Part shown: positions 38,213 through 51,075 of the stretch, piece by piece
Numbering within the stretch: the first letter of the stretch is position 1
How the letters are laid out: each line of letters starts with the position of its first letter
Notes under the pieces: model-generated
What the model was told of the DNA's origin: nothing
Database searches by the model: none
The model's input: only the letters and a program-made list of their open reading frames with translations
Made by a program: the position numbers and the translations under genes
Assembly (NCBI RefSeq): GCF_001194135.2
Contig: NC_068981.1
Coordinates: forward strand, 73,316,765-73,380,764
DNA: 64,000 bases
Direction: 5' to 3'
Origin: Octopus bimaculoides
Lineage: Eukaryota

Positions 38213-38982
38213 ATTGATGGAAACGATCATATCTCACATATCTCACATTGTGAACTACTTCTTACGAACACAGAAGATATCAAAAACAAAAAAGTAGTTA
38301 TGCGATGTAAGTAAAGACAGCATAGAGCATAGCAGAAAATATCAACTGAAGATCAGAAGGTGGACTAGTTGTTTTCCTTTCGGACACTCCTGCAGTTAAA
38401 ATAGTCCATAGAAACAATGACATCGCACTCTGTGGTGTTGATACAACAAAACTACGAGAATTTTTAGAGACGAAAGATTTGAGTAATCCATAATACGCAT
38501 GATATCATTTTCTATGAGAAAATTAAAATTGTGCATTAATAACAGTATGCAACAAAATATTCACTGATTTTCTTCCGAAGCTGTGAATGTAATTTTTTTA
38601 CTGCATATGTATAAAATGTATAGGAAATGACTATGAACGTCTTCAAACATTACTTCGCTAACCTCGGTAATGAGATTTTGAAATTTACCTATTTCCCATA
38701 GAATTTCAAATAAATTAGGTGCTAAGTAGCCAACAAAATATTTTTCTTGAGCTTTCAGAAATTTTCAACGAATTTCTAGAATTTTCTGAAACTTTCTAGC
38801 AACGTAAATATGAATATAGATAGATAGGCGGATAGGTATAGCTGCATATGTCAGAGATAGTGTCAAGAGCATGCAAGCATCTGGCAGATGCTTGCAGCCT
38901 CTTGACCCCATCTCTGATATATGAATGTCATGTCTGTGGTCAGTTTATCAAGACAAGAGTAATTCACACACACACACACACG

Positions 38983-39049
<67 letters not shown>

Positions 39050-39621
39050 ACGTAGGTAGGTAGGTAGGTAGGTAGGTAGGTAGGTAGGTAGGTAGGTAAG
39101 CAGGTAGGTATGTACATACGTATGTTTGTACATATAATCTGTAGCAGCATCTGCTAAAGTATATAAACACTATTAGGTATATCTTGGCATGCCTTGATAG
39201 GATCATGACAAACTTCGTAGTGCCAAAAAGAAAAAGAAAAAACTTTAGATAGAGAGAGTGTGGAGCAACAGTCTTCGGGAGAAAGATCTACGAGTCAGAA
39301 AAAGAGGAAGACAGTGTTAATACAGATTGAAATTCTATATGTGCAGCTAAGGTGATAAATCTACACTACCTTCAAAAGACACACACACACACACACACAC
39401 ACTCAAAGACGCATCCTCAGACGGCTTGACGAGAGATCTTGCTCCCAGAATGTCTACTGACGAGATTTTTACGTCTAAGGCGAACCAACGGAACTGATTA
39501 AATAAAATTATGCAAGTAACATATGTGAGAATTATCAAATAGGTTTTACAGTGTTGTTCACTCGTGAAAATAGATTCTGCTTCTCCCAAAATCTAATCTG
39601 CCTATTCGAGGCAATCAGTAT

Positions 39622-40140
39622 TTTATGTAACCGAAACGAGTGGCGCTTCTTCATTGATAGCTCATCCAAAAGTGTCTAAGATGTGCTGCGCCGTAATAGG
39701 GAAATGTATCCTCCAGTTCGATGAAGAATGTAACAATGTCAGGACATTGCCAGATGCTTTGAAGTACTTTAACTGGTGGGTTTTCGGAGATTTCAAAATG
39801 GTGTCATTCTTAATGAGTCTCCCATGTGTTTTTATGAAGTTTCCTTATAATTGTTATATTTGGAATACATGGTGTATTATTACAAATGGCACTGAGCACA
39901 ACGTCTCATGCTCTCTATCGAGAAGTAATCTCAAATATAAGCTATTAGTGGATTTCTGGGAGGTGTTGGTCACACCACTGTACATAAATTTAAATGAAAT
40001 AAGACATTTTGTCACGGCTCTTCATAAGGATTCTGAATATTCTAAACACATTCAAGGCTTTATTTTCCTAAGCTGTCTGTCGTAAAGGTCAAATCAGTTA
40101 ACTTTGTCGGACTACCCATAAAATGACTCGCAGATCCGTG
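39622..40140 (+). mobile_element. Chapaev3-like (CMC) transposase remnant
   Basis: EWRFFIDSS...LKYFNWWVFGDFKMVSFLM..KFPY and FVTAL.K...FPKLS..K resemble the Chapaev3 WRLFIDSS/GDLKVV motifs as I recall them. Confidence 0.75.
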
Positions 40141-40932
40141 ATCATTCGCAAGTCAGTAAACTAGGTGGAGCTGGTTGAGGTAGGAGAATGGACAGTATGA
40201 CGTCCCCGGAAAATTCGACATGTATGACGTATATATTGCTAAACTTACGAACAATATAGGAGCGTGTACACGCACACACGCGCGCACACTGACACACATA
40301 CACACATACAGACACATTTGTGCAAACGAAAGAAAAGTGGACGCAACACATTACGTAAATGGAAACTTTAACTAAGTGTGACTTCTGTGGAAATTTAGTC
40401 GACATGAAGAAACGTTTACTTGCTCCGAATTTGAGAGGAATAAGCATGCAGAAACGAATCTGGTTTAACCCACCTTATAATTTAGTTATGTCTACAGTAT
40501 GAAGGAAGCCAATGTCGTCACACTATGCATGAACATAATGTGACGATGTTGGCGACAGATGTTATTGCATTATCCAGAAACAAATGTCGTTGTATTACAG
40601 TATGGTTTGCAAAGGTTTCGGGAACTTGCAGAAAGAATATATTCCAAGTTGGAGTTTGACATTGATACCAAATGGTTCGCCATGCAATGATACTTTACTG
40701 TATCTATCTTTTAAAAAATTGTTGAGAGCGTTTTTAATAGGTATCTACAGGCGAAACTCGTAGTTTCATTAAATCATATATATTACATACATACAGCTAA
40801 ACAAACATAGATACGCGCACACATATACACATACAAGAACATGCATGAATTAATTACCATATACAAAGCCTAATGCTACTGTCGAATAAGGCTAAAACAG
40901 CGCTGTTTGCGCTGGTATATATATGCTTTATG

Positions 40933-40977
<45 letters not shown>

Positions 40978-41641
40978 GTGTGTATATATATANNNNNNNN
41001 NNNNNNNNNNNNNNNNNNNNNNNNNNNNNNNNNNNNNNNNNNNNNNNNNNNNNNNNNNNNNNNNNNNNNNNNNNNNNNNNNNNNNNNNNNNNNNNNNNNN
41101 NNNNNNNNNNNNNNNNNNNNNNNNNNNNNNNNNNNNNNNNNNNNNNNNNNNNNNNNNNNNNNNNNNNNNNNNNNNNNNNNNNNNNNNNNNNNNNNNNNNN
41201 NNNNNNNNNNNNNNNNNNNNNNNNNNNNNNNNNNNNNNNNNNNNNNNNNNNNNNNNNNNNNNNNNNNNNNNNNNNNNNNNNNNNNNNNNNNNNNNNNNNN
41301 NNNNNNNNNNNNNNNNNNNNNNNNNNNNNNNNNNNNNNNNNNNNNNNNNNNNNNNNNNNNNNNNNNNNNNNNNNNNNNNNNNNNNNNNNNNNNNNNNNNN
41401 NNNNNNNNNNNNNNNNNNNNNNNNNNNNNNNNNNNNNNNNNNNNNNNNNNNNNNNNNNNNNNNNNNNNNNNNNNNNNNNNNNNNNNNNNNNNNNNNNNNN
41501 NNNNNNNNNNNNNNNNNNNNNNNNNNNNNNNNNNNNNNNNNNNNNNNNNNNNNNNNNNNNNNNNNNNNNNNNNNNNNNNNNNNNNNNNNNNNNNNNNNNN
41601 NNNNNNNNNNNNNNNNNNNNNNNNNNNNNNNNNNNNNNNNN

Positions 41642-41682
<41 letters not shown>

Positions 41683-42334
41683 GTCACCTCTATCGCTCAC
41701 TCCTTCCCTCTCACTCCGACTTTCCTCTCTGTTGCTTTCAGTCTCTGCCTTATACCACTTTTCCCTCTCCTCCCACTGCCACGTGATGGGTGGTCGTTCT
41801 CATCTTTTTGCTCCATTTCCTTTTTCACCTGATCGCCGAGTCGATCAGTCGCGTTTCTCTCTTCCTTTCTCTTTTCAACACATTTTTTTCTTTCGTATCC
41901 AATCCTATAGGACGTTTTCCTTGCGTTACCCATATATTCGTTTCGCCTTATAACCGTGAGGCTTCGTTGGTTTTGTGTAACATATATTTATTTTATTTTG
42001 TTTATATGTTCACATTTTGTTGTGTTTTGCTTTCATCATTTGCTATTCCCAGCATTTTCTCGCTGCTGACGCCACCAAAAGTGAACAATATTATAATTAA
42101 AGGCGTGAAATTGTAAGGCTCTTTTGGACGATAACTGATGAGAAATTAGCAATATCCTGTCCTGTGTGAATTTTTCGTTTCTTCCTTTGTTTCGTTTCTG
42201 TTCAAATATTGAAACTTATTACACACACACTCACAACACACATACAACACATACACAACACAAACACATACACACACACACACACACATACACACACACA
42301 CATATAGATAGATAGATGGATAGATATATATATA

Positions 42335-42520
42335 TACATCATGTAACCTCGTGGGCATCGGTACCATTTTCCTCTTTCTCCGTTCTTCCATTCTCCGAAC
42401 TTTCCATCTTTCCGACGAAGGGCTACGCCCGAAACGTCATACACTCTCTCTTTCCTTTCCTGAGCGTCCAATAATACTATCCATATCACGTCCTCACTTT
42501 GTTGTTTTTTTGTTTTTTTG
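42335..42520 (+). mobile_element. Short HHR-family repeat (Penelope-terminus-like), core U4 mutated
   Basis: CCGACGA-A-GGGC-TAC-GCCC-GAAA-CGT-C at 42412-42438, followed by CTGAGCGTC..AATAATAC related to the 27.4 and 55.0 kb copies. Confidence 0.7.
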
Positions 42521-43669
42521 TTATTGTTTTTTTAAAACTATATACATGTATGTATACATATATTTATATGGATAAACATACACACAGATATACACATATA
42601 AATAGTGAGAAAGAAAGAGCGGGCAGGCGTTGAGAGTGAACGAGATAGAGATATGTTTTCTTTCTCTGCGCAGTCACTTGTTTTGCAGATAAATTTGTCT
42701 AAATCATCACTTACTCTTTTAGGAGTCTAAACACATTGGCTAACAGAGAAACTAGATACACTTATGTGTGAAAAAAATGCGGAACTGACCGCATGTTTAA
42801 CCATAGAAATACGTGCCATTAATCTGCTTAGCGCTGTTGAGTCTTGAGTAACGCCATGACAATATTATACATCATGCTTTTGATGTATAATATTATCATT
42901 AGTAGCTGTAGTTATTTTGGTAGACATAGTTACTGAAATGAATCATCGCACTCCATTAGAATTTGTAAGCGTGGGATGAATGAAGTCGATCGAATAGGAG
43001 TTTTGCATATTACAAATCTCTACTCCATTAGAATTTGGAGGTTAGAAACCTAGAGATAAATATCAAGTGGTTTGAAACTACACTAGAAACTGTAAAACAT
43101 TAAATTCAAACCTGCTATCTCGCCATTCTTTTCGTTTCATATTCTAATATAACATATAGAGCGCGTTGTTACTACAAGACAGAAGTCTGGACACAAGAAA
43201 TGAAAAGCACGTAACTATTTTATTCCACTTAAGTAGTTAATGGCTTTTGGAAAAGCATAAACCTCACACAGTAACGTTTTTTACCCAAAATTTTCGTATA
43301 AGTACCTTAATGGTTTATTGTGTATCTATTTAAAAACCCGGTCTCGATTCTTTATTACCCCCATTTTTATCTATGTTCTTAATATGTAAGTCGTTTTCTT
43401 TAGACTCTAATAAAATAGTGGATTGGCTTTTACTTTGTAAAGTTACACAGTGTAATAGCAATCTGCAAGGACATAACATGGGAAGCTAAAACAGAATCGA
43501 CATATCTAATTGTAAGGGATATGCCACAGGCGATTCAAATCTTGTGCCAATGTGAGATATCCGTATTAACTGCTGGTAAATACTTGTTAATTTTGAGGAA
43601 GCACAAAGGAGGCATTTTCAGGAAATGCAACGAACGAATATAATCCAACGCTTATATATTGCTTTCAAA

Positions 43670-44090
43670 TTTTGACACAAGACCCTCATGTTCGACAGAA
43701 GAGGTAGGTCGATTACATTGACCATCCCCGCCCAGTACACAACTGCTACTTATTTTATCAATCGCCGAAAGGATGAAAAGCAAAGTTAGCTTTAACACTT
43801 ATCCCTGTACTGTACGCAATTACTAAAGTGGAGTGAGTATTTAACCATATGAAGTTTTTTAAATCAAATGAGCGTAAGTGCCAAGCATAGAAACACAAAG
43901 CAACATTTTGGACATCAAATATGAACTAGAACGAAATGGTAAATGTTGTTATCATAAACTACCTAGCAACCTTTTAAAGAAAATTGGATCCGTGGAATTT
44001 GAACTCAAAGAACGTAAAGGCGGACGAAATTTCGCTAAGCATTTTGCCCGGCGTCCTAACGCTTCTGCCAGCTCGCCACCTTATCCGGCA
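43670..44090 (-). mobile_element. SINE family B split by a ~215-bp hAT-derived insert
   Basis: GAAAGGATGAAAAGCAAAGT | insert | GGAATTTGAACTC...CTGCCAGCTCGCC. Confidence 0.85.
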
Positions 44091-44837
44091 GTAATGTATT
44101 AATGGTCTTTAACTTATCAACTGGGAGTCGATGAAAGATAAAGTTAAATTGTGTAGCATCTAGTTGGGTAACCAACGACTACATATGCCAATTCTACCTC
44201 TGCTCTGTGTTTAATAAATTTTGATATTGATTTTTTATCATTGACAGAAGTTCATAATTGCTTACACCGACGCTAGTCTTTCATTGGTATTTGTCTTATC
44301 AACATAGGAAGAATGAAAATCAACGAATTCAACAGTAGACTTTGCACTCAGAATATAAGAGAAGGTGCCAAATACTTTAGTTCAGCATTTTGAGGTTTTA
44401 GGCACTTGGCTGTCATTTCTTTTTAGTGAAGCTATTAAAGAATTTTATTAAAAACAATAAAAGTCGATAACTCATAAAGTAAGCCGAACTCTCAATGTCG
44501 AAGCTGTCTAGTCTGAGAAATATACAATAGAATATTTACATTAAAACTGAAAGTTTTTGATTTATTAGGTTTGATTCACTAAGTCGGCTTTCATGTTGAA
44601 AAATACTATAAAGAATCTAGTATATTATGTAAAGTGGTTGTTATTTAGAAGGATATTTAGTCATAGAAATAAAGCTAAAGTTGAAAAACATGAGCGAGAT
44701 TTAGTCCTCCGACCCGTCTAGGAATGCAATAACTTCGAAAGGGAACTAGCTCAGAAGTTGGAGACTCGTTCAATCTACGCCAGCATGGAAAATAGAGGTA
44801 AAACGATAATGATTATCATGATGACGGAGATGGTACA

Positions 44838-44960
44838 GAGGAGGAGGAAGAGGAGAATAGGAAGGAGGAAGAGGAGAAAGGAAGGAGGAAGAGGAGAAAG
44901 GAAGGAGGAAGAGGAGGAAGGGGAGGAAGGGAGGAGGGAAAGATAGAAGGGGAGGAGGAA
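44838..44960 (+). repeat. Polypurine (GGA/GAA) low-complexity tract
   Basis: Direct inspection. Confidence 0.9.
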
Positions 44961-45039
44961 GAAATCTTGATAGTCTTTATTCGTTTTGTGGCGAGATATT
45001 TCATCCAAGTAAGTGAGGCTTTGAATACCATGGATCTAG

Positions 45040-45399
45040 TTGTTGTTGTTGGCACCCCGTCGCTTACGACGTCGAGGGTTCCAGTTGATCCGATCAACGG
45101 AACAGCCTGCTCGTGAAATTAACGTACAAGTGGCTGAGCACTCCACAGACACGTGTACCCTTAACGCAGTTCTCGGGGATATTCAGCGTGTCGCAGTGTG
45201 ACAAGGCTGACCCTTTGAATTACAGGCACAACAGAAACAGGAAGTAAGAGAAAGTTGTGGTGAAAGAGTACAGCAGGGTCCCCCCCCCCGGAGCCTCGTG
45301 TAGCTTTAGGTGTTTTCGCTCAATAAACACTCACAACGCCCTGTCTGGGAATAGAAACCGCGAGTCCGCTGCCCTAACCACTGGGCCATTGCGCCTCCA
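45040..45399 (-). mobile_element. SINE family C with small internal deletions
   Basis: Reverse-complement match; a 14-bp deletion between ACCG direct repeats in the tRNA head. Confidence 0.95.
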
Positions 45400-46104
45400 C
45401 TCCAGTTCTAGTAATAAACAGTCAAAGGTTGTTTATTATCAGAAATAGGAACAAACGACTTTGTACTTCTAATTCCTAATTTGAATGACTTTTAACATTT
45501 CCCGCCATTTTTATCGCATTTTGTATTATTCTATTTCTTACTGTTTAATAAGATACTTCCCTCTTTTTTTTCTGTTCATGAAAAAGTTAATTAATCATTA
45601 TTCAATGCAAATTATAGAGTGGAAGTTAGAATCCAATTAAAATTTGGTATTGTATTAACCAAAAGGAATCTTTTTTCTATTCATTTCAATGTAATCCAGA
45701 GAAGGAACGCTCATTTCAAGTTAAATATTTCTATTCTATATTGTCATTTACTTTAATTCAGTCATCTAGATGCACGTTTCAATTATTTATATCTGAACAA
45801 TGCAGCTCATGGATAATTAGCAAATATGAAATCAAAGTTGAGTTTTTCAGACTTATACATAAATAGAGATGTATAGGGAAAATAAAATGAAACACCGCAT
45901 TTTCCAGCATGCATATCCAAAATTTGCAGCCAAAACGACTTTGGAGGATCAAAAATTCCATGTATAATACAGCAAGGTTTGGAAAGATAAGGTTGTTTGA
46001 ATGTCCCAACTACATGTTTACGCGATAAACAGCACCGACTTGTAAGCCAGAAAATACGGTAAGAGAAAGATCAGACATGGTCATTCACCAAACTGAGCAT
46101 AAAC

Positions 46105-46303
46105 AATAGTTTTTATTCTTTTACTTGTTTCAGTCATTTGATTGTGATCATGCTGGAGCACCAAATCGACTCCAAGACTTATTCTTTGTTAGCTTAGTAC
46201 TTATTCTATCGGTCGCTTTTGCCGAGCCGCTAAGTTGCGGGTACGTAAACACACCAACATCGGTGGTCAAGCGATGGTGGGGTGACAAGCACAGGCACAC
46301 AAA

Positions 46304-46320
<17 letters not shown>
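46105..46320 (-). mobile_element. SINE family A 3' half
   Basis: TTACTTGTTTCAGTCATTTGATTGTGATCATGCTGGAGCACC...CAACATCGGTGGTCAAGCGATGGTGGG. Confidence 0.9.
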
Positions 46321-46385
<65 letters not shown>

Positions 46386-46821
46386 ATACGCACTCGCGTA
46401 CACACATAGATTCACATACACGTGTGTGTGTGCTGTTCACTGACAAAACCTCGTGCTGCATCACTTTTGTGATGCTTTGTCAATGAACAGGTCGCGGTTT
46501 CAAAGCGACGAAAATATTTTGACACAAATGAAATTTTAATGTTGAAGTGAAGCTGTCAATACTTATATACAGAGGTCCCTTAACGGTACTATTTAAATAC
46601 AGATGTTACGTACAAAACATTTTAAATGTACGCTGTGTTGACGTGTAATGACACCCTAAACCTAACTAACCCTAAAACTAACCCTCCTTTTTATATCGTT
46701 ACGTAGATACATCGGGACCGTGAAACTAACGGTTTTTGTGTTTCTTGAATGGCTTACAAACATTTTCCACGCTGCAATTGATTTTGCTGCAGCACACGAT
46801 CTCAGATCAAGTCACTTGCTA

Positions 46822-46960
46822 TGCAAGTACATCAATACCTGAATTTTAAATCTTGCCACCCACCGCATACAAAACGTAACATCCCATACTGCTTAGCCAG
46901 AAGAATCTGTACCATTGTAGAACATTTGAAGAGTTTCATCTGCAGATACCTATTAGCTTC
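46822..46960 (+). mobile_element. Penelope-like element fragment (RT thumb), second family
   Basis: HQYLNFKSCHPPHTKRNIPYCLARRICTIVE matches the Penelope thumb motif (YL...S.HP.H.K.NIPY..A.RI..I). Confidence 0.85.
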
Positions 46961-47449
46961 ATAAACAAGACATCCCAAACATGACCATCCAGTTTTCTCC
47001 TCTACATAGAGAACCGAGGACCATATTATCTAATAGATCGTATCTAAGACAGTAGAATATATTTTGAGTTGACTGCCATGTCCATTTCTAGTAAATAGGG
47101 CGACCACTCAAAGTCTTTCTCGTTAGCTCTAAAACATCTAACTTTGTCCTTTGTAAATGACCTCAGAATAGAAAAATTGCAGCCTGGCAACGTCCATTAT
47201 GCTCGAAGTTTGTAAGAATAATTTATTGTACGCAATTTTCCCAGAAAATATATTTTATCCGTTTGTGAATGGTCACTTGTCAAGAAAGGTCACTCAAAAT
47301 GAAATACCGGTTGTTCAAAAATCTAGCATTACTTAACACTTTCCACCAAATATCGCAAAATTTCCTTATTGGGCTATTTCATCTCTACGTAAGATATGTA
47401 CAATGCAACATAGCTAGCGGCCAATCGTGAGAGAATATAGCTCGGTAAG

Positions 47450-48863
47450 TGGTTGCTAAATCAAAGTTTTAAAAAACACTATTTTTTCGATAGCTAAAAG
47501 TCACTAAAAAGTACATTATATAAAAGTCAAAAGTACAAAACAAAAAAAAAAGCACCTAAACAAAAAAATCACATAAATAGGTGTTCTTGTCAAAAGATTT
47601 ATGTTAAAAATTTCAATTCTAATTGCATTGAAGTGAAATTAAAGTTGTGTCTTGGGAGAACCATAGTGCCTTAATATGACAGTCTCCGGTTCAATTTCCA
47701 CTTATTTATCTATTCCAGACAGCTTTTTCGTCGTTGCATTTGCGACCGTATCAATGGATTTTGATTCTGACTGTCCGTTATTGAAGCTGCATTCCTTTTT
47801 CTTTTCTTTTTTTTTTGTGAGATTTTGATGCGAGATTTTGTTGTGTTAAGGTTATTATTTTTACTTCATAATATATTTGAAGATTTCCCAATCAATTTCT
47901 TTTGATGTTGAATTTGCAGCTTCGCATGGTTTTCAAGCATCCACGGATCAAATTTTCTTTAAATGTTTGCTATGTAGTATATAATCATAACAACATTTAC
48001 TTCTTCGTTCAAGGCCATATTTGATGTCCAAAATGTTTTGTGTTTCTATGGTTGACGCTTACGTTCATTTGATTTCAAAAACTTCACGTGGCTAAATACT
48101 CACTCCACATCAGCAGTTGCATACAGTAAAGGGAGAAGTATTAAAGCTAACTTTGACAAATGTTCAAATAGATTTTTCCCAGTCGTTTCCCTATAGGACG
48201 ATACTTTAAAATCAGTTTTTGTCAGAATTTCTGAAACTTCACTAAAATGCTTTGCCAAGTCTATTATTCCAGGTTTTATTGGTCTGAGATATTTTTACAC
48301 GAAAATAACTCATTGACTGTAAAAGACGAAAATTATCTGAAAGACGCTGTTTAATTTGCTTACAAAATTCCTCTATAAATTTAACGCATCAACCGCTTAT
48401 CTCATTTTCTCCTTGCTTAGTAAATGTTTATACTCTGCGATTTCCTTCTCACGTTCATAGCGAAGACTTGGCTTCCGATCTAAATAATCTTTCACAGAAT
48501 AATTGTCATTTAGCTTCTTACCTGGCTTTATAATTATTAAACTGAGTGAATCAACGATATGCTGAAGATTATTCAGTAATTTAGCAGGGTCTTGTGTTTC
48601 TATTTCCTGTTTTTTCTTAACTCGTTGAACTTTAGAAACGATTTGCTTTCAAAAGACCTAATTTTAGAAAAACGTAATTTTTATTGTCATAACATTTTTT
48701 GCATGAATTTTGGACTGTAAATTCCGAAATACATTCTGATTTAGTACTAAATTATAATAAAAATCACTAAAATTACGAGGACATGTAACTCGATGGATTT
48801 TCGCAGTGAAAATAGTAAAAAGGCATAAAATTTAGTGTGAAAAGCAGTAAGATGGCAACCCTT
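47450..48863 (-). mobile_element. hAT transposon remnant with C-terminal dimerisation domain
   Basis: TQDPAKLLNNLQHIVDSL and LFEHLSKLALILLPLLYATADVE*VFSHV..K (cf. F..L...AL..L.LP.SNA.VER.FS); terminus-like AGGGTTGCCA near 48862; left end uncertain. Confidence 0.7.
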
Positions 48864-49333
48864 GCTTGGTAGAATATACCATGCTTTTGAAAATTGTTTT
48901 AGGTGTCCATGTCATGGCGAGTAGTCATAAACAATTTTCAGCCCTCTAATATTTGACTCAGGATATGACACCTACTGAAAGAGAGATGCACTAGTACTTG
49001 GTTAGTACTCATTAAAACTAAGTAAGCTAATGCCACTTGAAATGAAGTGCTTGCCAGCTTCAAGAATAGAAACCACGACCTTATGATCATGAGTGGTTAA
49101 GAAGGCCACGCGCTTTCATGTCAGCGAAGCGGCTGACCGTTGGATAGGTTTTCGTACTTTAAGTTTCATGTAAAAGTTTCTGTATATTATTTACTTATTA
49201 TTTATAGAAGGAAGTTTACATCTTTCATGCATTGAAATAAGCGATTTACTTTATTTTGCAATCAATCGTTTTATTGGTCGCAAGCTAAATCGCTAACCGA
49301 CTCTTCCGTCCATACAGACCGATCGATTCTTAC

Positions 49334-49459
49334 CTTGGCCAAGTGCCTTGGCTTATTGCCATCAGTGTCTGCCACCTTATCAACTTATCGATGCCACCAT
49401 GAACCATATTCACAGGTTGACACCAAAATCTTGATAGTCCACTCGCTGGTTGAACAGAT
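49334..49459 (-). CDS. Candidate 126-nt internal exon (phase 2-2), product unknown
   Basis: Acceptor TATTTTACCAATAG, strong donor CAAG/GTAAGA, one open frame SVQPASGLSRFWCQPVNMVHGGIDKLIRWQTLMAISQGTWP; GC-richer than its flanks. Confidence 0.35.
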
Positions 49460-50032
49460 CTATTGGTAAAATACTATTTAATTTCAGGAGAAACTTTCGA
49501 AAGAAACCTTTCTATATTGCTTGTGTGTATATGTATGTGTCTGTGTGCGTGTGTGTGCCTGTGCGTGCGTGCGCGTGCGCGTGCTTCTGCATAGGTGTAT
49601 GCGTACATGAGTGTGTATTAGCCCTCTCTGTCTTTCCCTCTACACAAATCTACATATGCATATATACATAAATACATCCATATATATATATATAAATATA
49701 GATGTATGCATAACATGCATACATATATCCATATATGTATGTATGTATAAATATGTTTGTGTGTGTATGTGTCAGTACAGAGAGACAGAGAGGGGGGAAG
49801 GCCACAGTCGCAAGGACAGAATGTTTGTTCTAAACCCCTGGCGAAGAAGATTCGATATCTCGTTTGCATGGCTTTGTCAGGAATGGTTTTCCACACTCCC
49901 ATCATATAATGCTTCAAGATGAAGTCAGCTGATCATGGAATAACAAATAAATCTAATTAACACACAACACATTCGCCTGTAGGCTTCAGAATTGATGCAG
50001 CTGAATAATATTCTCCTTATATATATATATAT

Positions 50033-51035
50033 ATGGTCGTTTTTTTTTGTTTGCCAAGTAAATATACGCACTATATGTTCGTCCTTGACTCGTTTATTAC
50101 TGTTCTTATTCTAACTCATGTCTATTGTCAGGAAATCTTTCGTATGTATATATATATAAAGATATATATATGCATGTATATATGTATATATATATATATG
50201 TATACATATATNNNNNNNNNNNNNNNNNNNNNNNNNNNNNNNNNNNNNNNNNNNNNNNNNNNNNNNNNNNNNNNNNNNNNNNNNNNNNNNNNNNNNNNNN
50301 NNNNNNNNNNNNNNNNNNNNNNNNNNNNNNNNNNNNNNNNNNNNNNNNNNNNNNNNNNNNNNNNNNNNNNNNNNNNNNNNNNNNNNNNNNNNNNNNNNNN
50401 NNNNNNNNNNNNNNNNNNNNNNNNNNNNNNNNNNNNNNNNNNNNNNNNNNNNNNNNNNNNNNNNNNNNNNNNNNNNNNNNNNNNNNNNNNNNNNNNNNNN
50501 NNNNNNNNNNNNNNNNNNNNNNNNNNNNNNNNNNNNNNNNNNNNNNNNNNNNNNNNNNNNNNNNNNNNNNNNNNNNNNNNNNNNNNNNNNNNNNNNNNNN
50601 NNNNNNNNNNNNNNNNNNNNNNNNNNNNNNNNNNNNNNNNNNNNNNNNNNNNNNNNNNNNNNNNNNNNNNNNNNNNNNNNNNNNNNNNNNNNNNNNNNNN
50701 NNNNNNNNNNNNNNNNNNNNNNNNNNNNNNNNNNNNNNNNNNNNNNNNNNNNNNNNNNNNNNNNNNNNNNNNNNNNNNNNNNNNNNNNNNNNNNNNNNNN
50801 NNNNNNNNNNNNNNNNNNNNNNNNNNNNNNNNNNNNNNNNNNNNNNNNNNNNNNNNNNNNNNNNNNNNNNNNNNNNNNNNNNNNNNNNNNNNNNNNNNNN
50901 NNNNNNNNNNNNNNNNNNNNNNNNNNNNNNNNNNNNNNNNNNNNNNNNNNNNNNNNNNNNNNNNNNNNNNNNNNNNNNNNNNNNNNNNNNNNNNNNNNNN
51001 NNNNNNNNNNNNNNNNNNNNNNNNNNNNNNNNNNN

Positions 51036-51075
<40 letters not shown>

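Noticed and set aside
9040-45399. Regularly recurring ~30-40-bp conserved words as a CRISPR array
   Set aside because: They are dispersed SINE cores in eukaryotic DNA, with no repeat-spacer periodicity or cas genes.
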